A stretch of 48,644 nucleotides of DNA, counting the filler, from Catajapyx aquilonaris (Eukaryota): the NCBI GenBank assembly GCA_000934665.2. It is 2 parts of 2 records of this genome, joined end to end, with 100 filler letters (N's around TTAATTAATTAA, not from the genome) between each part and the next. Parts side by side here need not be neighbours in the genome. Positions count along the whole stretch, not along the records: positions 24,344 to 48,644 come from JYFJ02005553.1; 1 more part is not named here. One strand, written 5' to 3'. A program made the position numbers and the translations under genes. Positions 48,106 through 48,644 of the stretch are shown here, in pieces. The notes beneath the pieces were generated by a model. That model had not been told where the DNA came from. It saw nothing but the letters and a program-made list of their open reading frames with translations, and made no database searches. Positions within the stretch are counted from its first letter, which is position 1, and every line of letters starts with the position of its first letter.

Positions 48106-48644
48106 ATCTATTGGCGCAGTTCTTTCCCATCGCTGATAAAGGGAGGGAGATGTCGCCCGGCACAAAATTGATCTATTGCCTTCATTTCCGGTCATTATGA
48201 CACTTCTGACGCACACCATAGGTACGACGAATACTCTACCGGACATATATTACACGCCTTGGTTGGCCTTGCGAGGCTACCTGAAGCCCCAAATATTCAA
48301 AGTATACGTATTGGCGCCAAATGGTGTCAGGTGCGTGGTGTGTAGCATGCTCTCAACTATTGCAAAAATCTCGGTGTTGTTTCTGTTTGTAGTTTTCGCG
48401 TGTAATGAGTACTGTGAAGGAAATAAAGTACGTCTTGACGTGCAAAAAGTTCTTCCTCCGGTGACATGGGCACTTTTTGTGGCCAAGTCACATTTTTTGT
48501 AATAACTTGGGAAATATAACCCATTTGCACTTCATCTTTGAAACAATAGTAGTATCCCGGGGCGGCTTCCGGAGCCTCATGGAAAATGCCACGAGCGTCG
48601 CCACCGTCTATGCGAGTTAACATGGGAGAGCGCTACTGCGGCCA

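Overview
Eukaryotic, arthropod-like genomic DNA with one 100-bp scaffold gap. The host gene is FANCM on the minus strand. Eight exons were rebuilt by hand with GT-AG junctions and consistent phases (23399-23159, 20419-20199, 16744-16403, 14468-14363, 14292-13993, 11252-11025, 2916-974, 902-772; about 1170 codons). The N-terminal DEAH exons and the C-terminus were not found in the window. The introns are packed with mobile DNA. Highlights: (1) an apparently intact RAG1-like Transib (6175-9392, TSD CAAAG, spliced 703-aa transposase) with a nonamer-binding-domain-like GRP region and TIRs that begin with the exact RSS heptamer CACAGTG and have A-tracts at both 12- and 23-nt spacing; (2) a second, non-autonomous CACAGTG-ended Transib with ~490-bp TIRs; (3) a Tc4/Tc5-type transposase element and a related MITE, both inserted in CTNAG, the MITE carrying a tRNA-like sequence in each TIR; (4) a decayed Helitron/Helentron-like ORF whose PIF1 helicase is fused to a USP (C19) deubiquitinase domain that still has Cys and His boxes. 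There are also many MITEs (hAT, Kolobok-like, Tc1/mariner, Harbinger), tRNA-derived SINEs and LINE fragments, often nested. Family names come from recalled motifs; no database search was run.
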